Below are positions 1 to 11,249 of a stretch of 41,535 nucleotides of DNA, piece by piece (within the stretch, counting starts at the first letter, position 1; the number at the start of each line of letters is the position of its first letter). The DNA lies in the IMG/VR virus record IMGVR_UViG_2541047945_000010; one strand, given 5' to 3'. The DNA comes from a virus (lineage: Duplodnaviria; Heunggongvirae; Uroviricota; Caudoviricetes). The notes beneath the pieces are model-generated. The model was given only the letters and a program-made list of their open reading frames with translations, did not search any database and was not told the origin of the DNA. The translations under genes were made by a program, and so were the position numbers.

Positions 1-1283
1 TTACAGACTTCTGGAAGGTTGCGCAGCTCTTACAACACGCGGTTGATCTTCCGCAGCGTCTTCCAGCGCACTTAAATCACGGTCTTTCACCTCTGGCATT
101 TTCAGCGCAGAGATTAAACCAATCACTGAATATGCCATGATCATAATGGCGATCGGATACCAGGATTCCGTCATGGTGCAGAAAATACCCGCCAGGATAG
201 GACCAAAACCGGAAGCGATAAGACCACCAATTTCTTTAGAAATAGCCATACGGGTAAAGCGGTTTTTACAGCCGAACATTTCTGCCATGGTAATGTTTTC
301 CAGAGCAAATAATCCCAGCACCGCACAGTTATGAATCACAATCAGTGCAACCATAATGGTGCTCGGGGCATAGCTTTTATCTACAATGATAGAAAGCATT
401 GGCCATGCCAGCACAATCGCGGAGGTATTCATAATAATATACGGGATCCGGCGACCAATTTTATCGGATAACCAACCAAGGAACGGAATGGTCATAAAGC
501 CGAGAATCGAACTGATCATCAATGCATCTGTTGGAATTGCTTTGTTAAACAATAACGTCTGCACTAAATAGCCTGCAAGGAAAGTCTGAATTAACCCGGA
601 GTTACCCGCCTGACCAAAACGCAGCCCTGTTGCCAGCCAGAAGGATTTGCTCTGGAACATGCTACCAGCAGGTGCAGGTTTTGCTGTCGGTTGGTTACTG
701 TCGTTAACCTTCTCAAAGACCGGGCTTTCTTTCAGATTCATACGCAACCAGATAGCAAAGACCATCACGACAACACTCGCCAGGAACGGTATACGCCATC
801 CCCACGCCAGCAGTTCCTCTTTACTGAGAATGAAGAACATAAAGGCCCAGATTGCCGTTGCGCTCAAGGTTCCGCAGTTAGTTCCCATAGCCACAAATGA
901 GGAGATAATTCCGCGCTTACCTTTTGGCGCATATTCCGCCAGCATCGTACCGGCACCGGAAATTTCCGCACCTGCACCCAACCCCTGAATAATACGCAAC
1001 GTCACCAGCAAGATGGGTGCAAAAACACCAATCTGTGCATAGGTCGGTAACACACCAATTAAGGTGGTACAGATCCCCATCATGGTGATGGTAATAAAGA
1101 GCACTTTTTACGCCCTATTCTGTCGCCCATTTTGCCGAAAATAAATGCTCCGACAATACGCGCCACATAACCTGCACCGTAGGTTCCCATTGCCAGAATT
1201 AACGCCATTGCCGTTGATGATTCAGGAAAAAATATTTCATGAAACACTAACGCTGCGCCGAGCGAATATAACTGGAAATCCAT
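1..1283 (-). pseudogene. ydfJ: MFS-family metabolite:H+ symporter (YdfJ-like), apparently frameshifted
   Basis: ORF 1..1104 (367 aa, multi-TM, TAA stop at 1..3) plus ORF 1080..1283 (67 aa N-terminal piece ending GDRIGRKK, a typical MFS loop 2-3 motif) lie in different frames; joining them gives about 427 aa. The frame break maps to the A-run at about 1104-1109 (cgtaaaaagtgctc), one base short of continuity. Could be a real mutation or a sequencing error. Confidence 0.6.
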
Positions 1284-1887
1284 AATTCACAGGTGTTTTT
1301 TCCCATCCTGTGGTTTCCTTGGCGTTTTCTAGGTTTTTTCAGATAGTTGCATTTTTTTAAAAAGCATCCTAAGTTCGATCTCAGTGTCTATCTGGGGCCT
1401 ATTTCTGTCCCATATATGCCCCAAAAAAACTCCCCAACAGATAAGTAGTTTTTTCATGGATTTATGCGTAAAATCAAGAACGGCTGGAAATCATTCAATA
1501 CTCACACTATCGAAAAATTTACCAGCCAATCGCAGCACGTTCTTGCATAAGGCGTGTCTGCGGTTTTTCAACTATTCAGATACATCACTCCCATCACATT
1601 CATTCCTCCGCATCAAAGGCATATAGGCTATATCACCTTGATATTTTTCTTTTTCAGATAAAAACTGTTATCTATGTATACTTTTAAACCCAATCCGTGT
1701 AGAGTCTCTGCATAAGATAGTTTGCAGTTGCCGCTTCAGCTTGCGCCATAAACCGCCTGATTTTTGCTGCCACCTGTTAGCATTCCTGTATACCTGAAAC
1801 GACAATGTTTATCTACGAACTTTAAGAACACCCAAGATAAAAATTGTCAACTATATCATATATAACACATTACTAATTCGAGGCTAT

Positions 1888-2001
1888 ATGAACAGCATAC
1901 TGATAATCACATCTCTCCTTATCATATTCAGCATTTTTAGTCATGCCCTAATAAAATTAGGGATTGGCATATCCAATAACCCAGACAAAACCGATGTATA
2001 A
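1888..2001 (+). CDS. hypothetical 37-aa hydrophobic peptide ([37 protein letters not shown])
   Basis: ATG at 1888 preceded by GAGG, TAA at 1999..2001; one predicted TM helix with polar tail; lies in the AT-rich region between the host transporter gene and the prophage genes. Below the ORF-track length cutoff. Confidence 0.2.
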
Positions 2002-2069
2002 GTCAACATATCCTGAATCAGACATACAATATCGCAATGAAAATCAATAATATTTTAAGGAATATCTTC

Positions 2070-2303
2070 ATGAAATCAAAAGACACCCTAAAGTGGTTCC
2101 CTGCGCAGCTTCCTGAAGTAAGAATTATCCTAGGGGATGCTGTAGTGGAAGTAGCAAAACAGGGAAGACCTATCAATACCAGAACATTGCTTGATTACAT
2201 TGAAGGAAACATAAAGAAAAAATCATGGCTGGATAACAAAGAATTATTACAAACAGCGATATCAGTTCTTAAAGACAACCAAAATTTAAATGGTAAAATG
2301 TAA
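2070..2303 (+). CDS. ydfK: YdfK/YnaE-family small prophage protein (77 aa)
   Basis: ORF 2037..2303; internal ATG at 2070 preceded by AAGGA gives a 77-aa product MKSKDTLKWFPAQLPEVRIILGD...; sits immediately upstream of pin as ydfK/ynaE do in the Qin/Rac remnants (recalled). Confidence 0.55.
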   Translation: MKSKDTLKWFPAQLPEVRIILGDAVVEVAKQGRPINTRTLLDYIEGNIKKKSWLDNKELLQTAISVLKDNQNLNGKM

Positions 2304-2619
2304 TATAATAAACTTACTTTTTTATCATTTTTCCACTTTAACAACATTTTGCTCCACTTTTCCACGACCAAACAACTTGAAATCTGGTTAAAATAACACG
2401 CAACACTATTCTTCTTCCTTGAGTCCGCCCGGAACTCGAAAAACAAACCGAGTTAAAGCCATTTTTCACAAAATCGATTTTGGGTCTCACCAAAATTACG
2501 GGGTTGCATACGCATTCGTTTATTTTCGAACGTGTACATACAAATATGCACAAAAATAATCATAATTATTTTCTGAGATGCATTATGATATGAACACCAA
2601 TTTCGTATAGAGTCTCACT

Positions 2620-3210
2620 ATGTCTCAAATTTTTGCTTACTGTCGGATATCAACGCTGGATCAGACCACCGAAAATCAACGCCGGGAAATCGAAAGTGCA
2701 GGTTTTAAAATCAAACCTCAGCAAATAATCGAAGAACACATTAGCGGCTCAGCAGCAACCAGTGAGCGTCCTGGTTTTAACCGGTTGCTTGCTCGCCTGA
2801 AATGTGGTGATCAATTGATTGTGACAAAACTGGATCGCCTTGGTTGTAATGCAATGGATATCAGGAAAACAGTGGAACAACTGACCGAAACAGGTATCAG
2901 AGTGCATTGCTTAGCATTGGGGGGCATTGACCTGACCAGTCCAACAGGAAAAATGATGATGCAAGTAATTTCAGCAGTCGCTGAATTTGAACGAGACCTT
3001 TTACTTGAACGCACTCATTCCGGGATAGTAAGAGCCCGCGGCGCAGGGAAACGTTTTGGTCGACCACCTGTGTTAAATGAAGAACAGAAACAGGCGGTAT
3101 TCGAACGAATTAAGTCAGGTGTAAGTATAAGTGCCATTGCCCGGGAATTCAAAACCTCGCGGCAAACCATTTTAAGAGCCAAAGCAAAACTTCAGACACC
3201 TGACATATAA
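2620..3210 (+). CDS. pin: Pin DNA invertase, Hin/Gin/Cin-family serine recombinase
   Basis: 196-aa ORF; N-terminal catalytic region ([10 protein letters not shown]...) and C-terminal HTH typical of small serine invertases; adjacent to the tail-fibre genes. Confidence 0.9.
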   Translation: MSQIFAYCRISTLDQTTENQRREIESAGFKIKPQQIIEEHISGSAATSERPGFNRLLARLKCGDQLIVTKLDRLGCNAMDIRKTVEQLTETGIRVHCLALGGIDLTSPTGKMMMQVISAVAEFERDLLLERTHSGIVRARGAGKRFGRPPVLNEEQKQAVFERIKSGVSISAIAREFKTSRQTILRAKAKLQTPDI

Positions 3211-3307
3211 AAAATAATCTCGGTGTGAGATGCTTTACGTCTTCCAAGCCCCCTTCCTTGCCGTAAATGGAAAGATACATCTAATTATAGAATTTATATG
3301 TTTTACC

Positions 3308-3883
3308 CTACGGCAGTGCTGGCCATTCAATATCCTGTGCAGTTGACGTATCAACACGGTTCAGCAATACCCGATACTTTTTCCATGCTTCCAGCAACGA
3401 GATTTCTTCCTCCGTTGCAATTTCCAGATCTGCAGCATCCTGAAGCGGCGCAATATGCTCACTGGCTACCTGCATCAGGTTGTTTTTTGTTTCTTCCGCC
3501 TCCCGGATCCGGAACAGTTTTTCTGCTTCCGTATCCTTCACCCAGGCTGTGCCGTTCCACTTCTGAAACTCCCCTTCCGGCGATAACCAGGTAACATTTT
3601 CCGGTAACGGACCGAGTTCAGAAATAAATAACGCGTCGCCGGAAGCCACGTCATAAACCGTTTTACCCCGATGATCTTCAACGAGATGCCACGATGACTC
3701 ATCACTGTTGAAAACAGCCACGAAGCCAGCCGGAATATCTGGCGGTGCAATATCGGTACTGTTTGCTGGCAGACCTGTATGAGGCGGAATATATGCATCA
3801 CCTTCACCAATAAATTCATTAGTTCCGGCCAGCAGATTATAAATTTTTATGGTCCGTGGTTGTTCACTCATTCTGAATGCCAT
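3308..3883 (-). CDS. tfa: tail fibre assembly protein Tfa
   Basis: 191 aa, [34 protein letters not shown]... closely matches lambda Tfa as recalled; start overlaps the stf stop. Confidence 0.9.
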
Positions 3884-6800
3884 TATGCAAGCCTCACAAT
3901 ATAGTTAAATGCGATGTTTTTGACGGTGTTTTCCGCGTTACCAGCAGCGTTAACGGTGATGGTGTGTCCATGTGAACCAATCGCAACGGAGTGCGTATGA
4001 GCACCAATACCGACAGTATGTGCATGTGCGCCTGCGCTTGCAGCAGTGCCGGACAGCGAGTGGGTATGAGCACCATCTGATGATGTCTTCCCTGCATTAC
4101 GAGTCTGGCCACTACCGCTTGTTGTGCTCATAATCCCCGCGCTTAGATTTGAAATCGCGGTATAACCATTAGGGAAAATGCTCGTGTTCGTGCCACCAAA
4201 TGCACCGGAACTCTTGTGTTGGTGCGCACCGGCACTATTTGCGGTCCCGCTAATACTATGGGTATGCGCCCCGGTGTTATTCGTGGATTTGGTTCCGTAA
4301 TCAAACGACGATGTGGTTTTCGTCCCCAAATCCGTACTGGATGCGCTGGCGCTGTGGGTGTGCGATTTAATGCCGTCCTGTTCCTGAGATAATACGGCCC
4401 GACCACTGGCGGGCTTGCCCTTAATCGTCCAGCCACGCATATCAGGGATCACGCCTGACGGATAAGCAACTGCAAGTTTCGGGTATGCAGATTTGTCAAA
4501 AGTCTGCCCCTGCATCAGGGCATAACCAGACGGAACGGTATCTGATGGCCACGGGATTGGTGCACCGACTGGATAAAACTCTGCAGGAGGATGAGCCGAG
4601 GTGTAAAGCTGCGCCCACGGCGACCAGTTTGCGTCGGTCGTATCCCGTCGTGAACGAATAAATGCCGGAGCATGAGCACCGCTTGTACCACTCCAGCCGA
4701 TGAGTAACTCACCTTCGCCAACGGCTGTCATCCCTTTCAGGTGAATGATATTTCCATACGCTGTTGGATATCCGTTGTTATACACCTCGTATAACTCAAG
4801 ACCTGCTGCCCCCTGCGTATTGTCTGTCAGCGCGGTTACCCGACCTTTTGAAGCCAGATTAACTGATGATACTGCTGTTCCACCTGACGGTAACGCCCCG
4901 ATCTCTGATGCCGTTGGCTTATTTCTGGAGTTATAGTCCCTTCGCCAGCCAGGTGAATAATCTGTTCCGTGATTAATATAGGTAAACTGGGCGTTAGTTG
5001 TTCCACCACCAGTGGAGGTGGTCGGTGTGGTAATGCGGATCGTCATCGCTGACTTTATCCCCATTACTTCAATGACAGCTCCGGCGAGATGAATATTACC
5101 GCAGTCAGTATCAGTAATGATTTTATTATTGCCATAAGACCAGGAACCCTTGCACATCCAGTATGGATGGTTAAATGCTCCCTGAGAATCCAGCCACTCG
5201 ATAAACTGTGCAGTCGTCCAGTTTCCTGTTGTTGTGCTTACTGACCCACCGAAGGCACGGCAGGCACCAATATTTTTCGTAAAGGTATCTTTGCCAGGGA
5301 TATCCGCACCGTTCTGATCTTTCTGCAGACGTTTCTCAGCATTGTCATTGGCTGCTTTTACTGCCTTTGGTGTCGCGGCAAGCGTTTCAGACGTGCTGTT
5401 GGTCGCGCTGCTTAGCTGGATTATCCCTTTCTGTGCTGTCGTTGCATCCTGTGCGGTGTATTTCCCGTTAGCCAGGTCATACGCGGCCTTAACGGCTTTT
5501 GGTGTTGCCGCCAGTGACTCGGAAGTGCTGTTAGTCGCACTACTGAGCTGTACTATCCCCTTTTTCGTCGTGCTCGCATCCTCAAGCGCCACGGCGGATG
5601 CAATATCCTCTGCCCGTTTTGCTGCTGTCTCGGCGCGCGTTGCTGCGGATTCTGCCGTACTTTTGCTCTGTGCTGCCGCTGCCGCACTGCCAGCAGCCTC
5701 TGTCGCCTTCGTGGATGCCGTCGTGGCGCTGCCCCTCGCTGCTGACGCCTGTCTGGTCGCCTCATCTTTTGAAGCAGACGCCGATGATGCCGATGACGCC
5801 GCCGAACTGGCGGACGATGCGGCAGCCGTTTTTGAGGATTCTGCGCTGGTTTCCGACGCTTTCGCGTTCGTTTCGGATGTCTTCGCTGCGGAAGCAGACC
5901 TCGCTGCTGCGCTGGCCTGTTCAGTGGCTTCGCCAGCCTTCGTTGTGGCTGTTGAAGCGGATGATGCGGCGCTTTCTGCCGATTTTCCGGCGGCGGTGGC
6001 ACTGACTGCTGCCTCCTCTGCCTTAATGGACGCCTCACGGGCCGATGATGCAGCTGTTGTCTCAGAGTCTGCCGCAGCTGAGGCGCTCTGTCCCGCTGCC
6101 GTTTCAGAAGACCTGGCGTTCGTCTCTGACGTTTTTGCCGCCTTCGCGGAATTTCCTGCCGCTGTTGCCGAGGAAGCTGCGCTACTGGCGCTCGAGGATG
6201 CGTTCGTTTCTGATGATTTCGCTGCCTCTTTTGAGGCCGCCGCATCCCGGGCTGAGGTGGCAGCTTCTGACGCCTTCGTGGTCGCGGCGGATGCAGAAGT
6301 GGCTGCTGATTGTTGTGACGCTGCCGCATTCGTTTCTGACGTTTTCGCCGCAGCGGCACTGGTAGCTGCCGCGCTTTTTGAGGACTCTGCAGCAGCAGCA
6401 CTTTTCGATGCTTCACTGGCCTTTGTTGATGCCGTTCCTGCGCTGGAAGATGCTGACTGAGCCGACGACGCGGCCTGTCCGGCTGACGTGCTGGCTGCGC
6501 GTGCTGAGCCTGCAGCATCAGTCGCATGGGTTGCCGCCTCACGGGCTGATGTGCTGGCATCGCTGGCTGACTTCTTCGCGGCTGCCGTGTTCTGTGCCAC
6601 CGCGGACGCGTTACGCGCCACCTCTTCCACCATCAGTTCAAAACGGCGCAGTGCCTCAGGACGGGCATCATCCTCCGTCATGGCACCGAGAAAATCATTC
6701 AGCGTACCGGGTCGGGAATCTTCATACACGGTGATGGTCCCGGCATGTGACGGCGGGAATCCCTCCACCAACAGAATAACGCTGTACTGCCCGTACTCAA

Positions 6801-6957
6801 CGTCCATGCTGTAACGCCCGGCTTCATCCGGATTTTCTGAGGCCAGCGTGTTCACCACCACCGTGGTGCTGTTACGTTTTGCTTTCAGCTGGATTGTGCA
6901 GTTCTGTACCGGTTTTCCTGTGCCGTCTTTCAGTACACCTGAAATCTTTACTGCCAT
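3883..6957 (-). CDS. stf: side tail fibre protein Stf, full length
   Basis: ORF 3883..6963; likely ATG start at 6957 ([27 protein letters not shown]..., as lambda Stf); long Ala/Ser/Thr-rich central region, GAHTHS-type C-terminal repeats, ends ...[11 protein letters not shown]. Confidence 0.9.
5340..6600 (-). repeat. low-complexity Ala/Ser/Thr-rich coding repeats inside stf, including a 2 x 132-bp tandem repeat near 5360..5625
   Basis: Translated Stf residues about 120-540 are runs of A/S/T/K/E; DNA copies starting near 5363 and 5495 are about 85 percent identical (44-aa units [26 protein letters not shown]...). This explains the long antisense and alternate-frame ORFs here. Confidence 0.7.
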
Positions 6958-6965
6958 ATTCACCC

Positions 6966-6996
6966 CACAAAAAAGCCCGCCTGAACCGGCGGGCTG
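6966..6996 (-). terminator. intrinsic terminator-like hairpin between lom and stf
   Basis: GC stem gcccgcc/ggcgggc followed on the minus strand by a U-run (complement of aaaaaa at 6969-6974). Confidence 0.45.
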
Positions 6997-7021
6997 TCAT
7001 AACACTGTGTTACCTGGCTAA

Positions 7022-7621
7022 TCAGAATTTATAACCGACACCCACGATGAAACCGTCAGTGCGCCAGTCACCACTGCCGGAGCCTTCATAAGCAATATCA
7101 ATGGCCACGGATTCGGTCGGGTTAAACTGCACGCCAGCCCCCCACGCCAGAGACGTGTTGCTGTGGCGACCGTCATCACTTCCGGTCAGCACATCGTGCT
7201 TTTTCCCCTTGTTGTCAGTTACGCGGAGATAATCCCCGGAGAAAGTCGACACACGGCTGTAAGCCACACCCGCCATCGCATACGCGCTGAACCATTCATT
7301 CACGCGCACAGACGGCCCCGCCATTACGCTGAACCAGCGGTTACGAACGGAATCTTCATGCCAGCGGGTATCGCTGTAACGGGTCAGCTGGCGATTCTTG
7401 TCTCCTGCATAGCTGAATGACGTCACCAGCCCCAGTGTGTCCGTAAACTCATAACGGTATTTCACGTTAATCCCGTTCAGATCATCACTGCCGGGGACGT
7501 TCGTCGAGGCATGAAGATACCCCGCGCTCAGCGTGGACTGATGTTCAGACGCCCATGCAGGCGCACCGGATACGGCCAGACAAATGGCTGCGGACAAAAT
7601 TGCTGCACAAACTTTACGCAT
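7022..7621 (-). CDS. lom: Lom-like outer-membrane beta-barrel protein (Ail/PagC/Lom family)
   Basis: 199 aa with N-terminal signal peptide (MRKVCAAILSAAICLAVSGAPAWA), C-terminal ...GYKF; located between J and stf as in lambda. Confidence 0.85.
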   Translation of the reverse strand: MRKVCAAILSAAICLAVSGAPAWASEHQSTLSAGYLHASTNVPGSDDLNGINVKYRYEFTDTLGLVTSFSYAGDKNRQLTRYSDTRWHEDSVRNRWFSVMAGPSVRVNEWFSAYAMAGVAYSRVSTFSGDYLRVTDNKGKKHDVLTGSDDGRHSNTSLAWGAGVQFNPTESVAIDIAYEGSGSGDWRTDGFIVGVGYKF

Positions 7622-7639
7622 AATTACCTCTCGCTTTTC

Positions 7640-7670
7640 TGCAATAAAAAAGGCGTCATTCCTGACGCCC
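7640..7670 (-). terminator. intrinsic terminator-like hairpin downstream of J
   Basis: Stem ggcgtca/tgacgcc (7652-7669) followed on the minus strand by U-run (complement of aaaaaa 7646-7651). Confidence 0.45.
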
Positions 7671-7691
7671 TTTATTGGGGTTATAAATATT

Positions 7692-10600
7692 TCAACGAAT
7701 ACTGATGCCGGAAGCGGCTTTTTTGGTCACAATCACCGTACAGTCGGTGATATTGCCTGCCCCCTGATTGCCTTTCTGGAAAATCTTAAACTCCAGAGTG
7801 ACGCTTCCCCTGCCACTCGGCATATCAATAACTGCACTGTAACTACCGGGAATGGCCCCTTTAGTTTCTCTGGATGCGATTAATACGCCGTTTTTGCGAA
7901 CTTCAAAACCATAACCCGTGTATCGCGTGCCTCCTGGGTTATTTCCGCTCCCCGGATCGTCATACGCTATACCGTTAAAAATAATGGGCGGAATAATAAT
8001 CTGGCGGTCAAAGTTATGATCATCGCTGATGGTGACTGTAACCGTACCGTTTGGTGTTTCCGTGTTACCCCACGTACCGACTTTTTTCGGGAAGGCTTTT
8101 GATACAGCTTTAACGAAATCTCCTCTGACCTGGGTCGCCTCCAGCATGCCCTTAATCGTACAGTTCTGGTTAATCGTGACATTGTTGAGCGTTCCTGAGT
8201 TCGCATTCACACTGCCACTGATATCCGCATTTTTCGCCGTCAGTCTCCCGTCTGATGTCAGGGAAAATGCCGGAGGATTACCGCCGCTGGTAATGGTGGG
8301 GGCCGTCAGGCGTTTCAGGAACACTTCATTCATGAATATCTGATCGCCCTGACCAACAAACATCGGCTTTGTGTTGCCATTCGCAGGATTAATCATCGCA
8401 ATCCTGTCTGCTGCCAGCAGCACCTGACTCTGCATGCCGTCAGGGGTGTTCTCAATACCGGCACCGATACCCGCAATATAAAGGCGTCCGTCCTGCATCT
8501 GCTGCAGCTTCACTGCCCACATGCTGTTCAGGTTATTATTTGTATCAACCTGAACCTTCTGTATCTGCTGGATCGCTGCACTCTGGTCTTCCAGTTTCTT
8601 ATTGACGGTCTGTGTTATTTCATTGCTGACATCCGTTATGGACGTCCTGATTTCAGTCAGGTCAGGCGCAAGCTGACCGTTATCAATCTGCGTCCACAGC
8701 TCCTGAGCCAGATGGGTTTTCCCTATCTCGCCTTTGAAAAAATCCAGATAGCCTGATGCATCATCACTCGGCTGACCGACAGCCTCCACGAATGCCGATT
8801 TGCCAACGGTGTTCACACTGCGAACGTAAAAATAATAATCATGGCCCGGTTTGATATTGATACTGGCGGCTATCCAGTACAGTGCCGTACCAAGATAACG
8901 CGCGCTGGTTTCAACCTGCCTGATATCCGCAATCCGTTTTTCCGAGAACCAGAACTCAAACTGTACCGTCGGGTCATAAACCGCAAGATGCGGCGTGGCG
9001 GTTATCTGAAAATAGCCCGGCGTCAGCTCAATCCGCGACGGCGCTGCCGGTGCGGCAATCCGGAACGATACCGACGCCGGATCGCCCTGCTGCCCCCACG
9101 CATTTACTGCCCGGACTGTCAGCCTGTAGTTCCCCAGAGCCAGTTGTGTGAAGCGGTAAGTGGTTTCCGTCGTCCGGGCCGTGCTGACCAGCCGCTCACG
9201 GCCGTCATCCGCTGCCACGGTCAGGCGAAGCAGGAAGCTCACGCCCTTCACCACCTTCGGCGTGTCCCAGCGCGCCAGCACCTGGTATTCCCCGCTGTCT
9301 GCGGTGACTTCTGCGGTCAGGTGCTGCACCGCTGGCGGCGTGACACCATTTACCGTGCCGCTCTGGTCGCCGTCAAAGTGCGCCCCGTTATCCACGATGG
9401 CCTCTTTTTCCGGTACATGCTGCACGGCGGTGATGGCATACGTGCCGTCGTCGTTCTCACGGATACTCACGCAGCGGAACAGGCGCTGGCGCAACGTCGG
9501 CAGCTTCAGCCCCCATACGCTGTATTCAGCAACGCCGTCAGGAACACGGCTCACTTTCACCTTCACGCCGTCGGTGACGGACTGAACCTCCACGCTGACC
9601 GGACTCCCCTGCCCGTCAACCAGGCTTATCAGCGTGGTGCCGGAAGATGGCAGCGTGATTTCACGGTCGAGCGTCAGCGTCCGGGTCTGGCTGTTTACCG
9701 CCAGCACGCGCCCGCCGGTGCGGATACCGGCATAGTCATCATCGCAGATTTCAATGACATCGCCCGGTACATGGCGAAGCCCTTCGGCACCCACGCTGAA
9801 GTCCACGGTCTGCGTTTCCAGCAGTTCTGTTTTAATCAGCCACAGCCCGGCGCGGTGTGCCTGCCCCCGGCTGGTACAGCCAAAAGCATCCATCTTCGTG
9901 ACGTTACGACCGTAACGGGCAATGGCCTGCGTGTCCTCCACAAGCTCTGTCGCCGTCTCCCAGCCGTTATTCGGGTCAATCCAGTTCACCTCAACGGCAT
10001 TATGGCGGTCCTTCAGGGCGCTGAAGCTGTAGCGGAACGGCGCACCATCATCCGGCATCACCACATTACTGCGGTTATAGGTCCACACCTTATCCGACGG
10101 TCGGTCCTGCACGAACGTCAGCGTCTGCCCGTTCCATACCGGCATACAGCGCATCGCAGAGCAGAAATCACTGAGCACATCCCACGCCTTGCGCTGTGTG
10201 GTCAGGTACGCATTACAGGTGATGCGCGGCTCTGTGCCGCCAAAACCGTCCGGCACCGACTGATCGCAATGCTGGCCGATGACATACAGCGCCCATTTGT
10301 CCACATCCGCCGCACCAAGACGTTTCCCCATGCCGTAGCGCGGATGGGTCAGCATATCCCACAGACACCAGGCCATGTTGTTGCTGTATGCTGGCTTAAA
10401 CGTTCCGTCCCAGATACCGCTGTATTGCCGCGTCTGCGGGTTATAGTTCGACGGCACCTGCAGAATACGCCCGCGCAGATGATAATTACGGCTCACCTGC
10501 TGGCTGCCGAACTGCTCCGAATCCACCTGCACGCCGACCAGTGCCGTGTTCGGGTAGCACTGTTTCACATCGATGATTTCGGTGTATGACGACCAGAGCG

Positions 10601-11189
10601 TTTTGTTCTGCAGCTGGTCTGTGGTGCTGTCCGGCGTCATCCTGCGCATCCGTATATTGAACGGGCGCGGCGGCAGGTTACCCACCACCACCGAGGCCAG
10701 ATACTGCGAGGTGGTTTTGCCCTTAATGGTGATGTCTTTTTCCGTCACCCAGCCACCATTACGCTGGATCTGAACCAGCAGGCGGACTTCCGACGGATTC
10801 CGGTCCCCCTTTGAGGTGGTTTCCACCAGTGCCTGCACGCCGAAGGTAAAGCGCAGACGGTCGATGTTTGCAGACGTAATGGTGCGGGTGATCGGCGTGT
10901 CGTATTTCACTTCCGTACCCAGCACCGTCTCGGAGCCGGAGGATTCAAACCCCTCCGGCGGTGTCTGCTCCTGCTCACCGGCACGGAACACCACCGTGAC
11001 ACCGGAGATGTTGGTATTCCCCTCAGTGTCCAGCACCGGCGTACTGTTCAGCAGCACGCTTTTTAATCCATCCACCGGACCTTCAACCGGCCCTTCGCTG
11101 ATGGCATCGATCACACTCAGCAGCTGCGTGGACTTCAGGTTGTCCTTCGCTTCGCGCGGGGTATGCCCCTTACTGCTGCCTTTACCCAT
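7692..11189 (-). CDS. J: tail tip / central tail fibre protein J (host specificity)
   Basis: 1165-aa ORF in lambda J position and order; fibronectin-type internal repeats expected; size close to lambda J (1132 aa). Confidence 0.95.
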   Translation of the reverse strand: MGKGSSKGHTPREAKDNLKSTQLLSVIDAISEGPVEGPVDGLKSVLLNSTPVLDTEGNTNISGVTVVFRAGEQEQTPPEGFESSGSETVLGTEVKYDTPITRTITSANIDRLRFTFGVQALVETTSKGDRNPSEVRLLVQIQRNGGWVTEKDITIKGKTTSQYLASVVVGNLPPRPFNIRMRRMTPDSTTDQLQNKTLWSSYTEIIDVKQCYPNTALVGVQVDSEQFGSQQVSRNYHLRGRILQVPSNYNPQTRQYSGIWDGTFKPAYSNNMAWCLWDMLTHPRYGMGKRLGAADVDKWALYVIGQHCDQSVPDGFGGTEPRITCNAYLTTQRKAWDVLSDFCSAMRCMPVWNGQTLTFVQDRPSDKVWTYNRSNVVMPDDGAPFRYSFSALKDRHNAVEVNWIDPNNGWETATELVEDTQAIARYGRNVTKMDAFGCTSRGQAHRAGLWLIKTELLETQTVDFSVGAEGLRHVPGDVIEICDDDYAGIRTGGRVLAVNSQTRTLTLDREITLPSSGTTLISLVDGQGSPVSVEVQSVTDGVKVKVSRVPDGVAEYSVWGLKLPTLRQRLFRCVSIRENDDGTYAITAVQHVPEKEAIVDNGAHFDGDQSGTVNGVTPPAVQHLTAEVTADSGEYQVLARWDTPKVVKGVSFLLRLTVAADDGRERLVSTARTTETTYRFTQLALGNYRLTVRAVNAWGQQGDPASVSFRIAAPAAPSRIELTPGYFQITATPHLAVYDPTVQFEFWFSEKRIADIRQVETSARYLGTALYWIAASINIKPGHDYYFYVRSVNTVGKSAFVEAVGQPSDDASGYLDFFKGEIGKTHLAQELWTQIDNGQLAPDLTEIRTSITDVSNEITQTVNKKLEDQSAAIQQIQKVQVDTNNNLNSMWAVKLQQMQDGRLYIAGIGAGIENTPDGMQSQVLLAADRIAMINPANGNTKPMFVGQGDQIFMNEVFLKRLTAPTITSGGNPPAFSLTSDGRLTAKNADISGSVNANSGTLNNVTINQNCTIKGMLEATQVRGDFVKAVSKAFPKKVGTWGNTETPNGTVTVTISDDHNFDRQIIIPPIIFNGIAYDDPGSGNNPGGTRYTGYGFEVRKNGVLIASRETKGAIPGSYSAVIDMPSGRGSVTLEFKIFQKGNQGAGNITDCTVIVTKKAASGISIR

Positions 11190-11249
11190 TCCTCACGCTC
11201 CATAAATGACAAAACCGCCCGCAGGCGGTTTCACATAAAACATTTTGCA

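Noticed and set aside
1384-1626. 80-aa plus-strand ORF upstream of the transporter gene
   Set aside because: Lies in the promoter and leader region of the divergent host gene, with no RBS and no recognisable domain; probably non-coding.
5342-6560. Long ORFs of 372 aa (plus strand) and 335 aa (minus strand, alternate frame) overlapping stf
   Set aside because: They are the reverse and shifted frames of the Ala/Ser/Thr-rich stf repeat region; their products are extreme low-complexity (Ala-rich or Arg/Pro/Gln-rich) with no start context. They are artefacts of GC-rich, stop-poor repeats.
5340-6600. Possible CRISPR-like or other non-coding tandem array suggested by the DNA repeats
   Set aside because: The repeats are in-frame coding repeats of Stf (44-aa units), lack the short repeat-spacer periodicity of CRISPR, and no cas genes are nearby.
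8841-10589. 582-aa plus-strand ORF antisense to J
   Set aside because: Arg-rich low-complexity translation lying entirely inside the well-supported J gene on the opposite strand; typical antisense ORF of GC-rich coding DNA.
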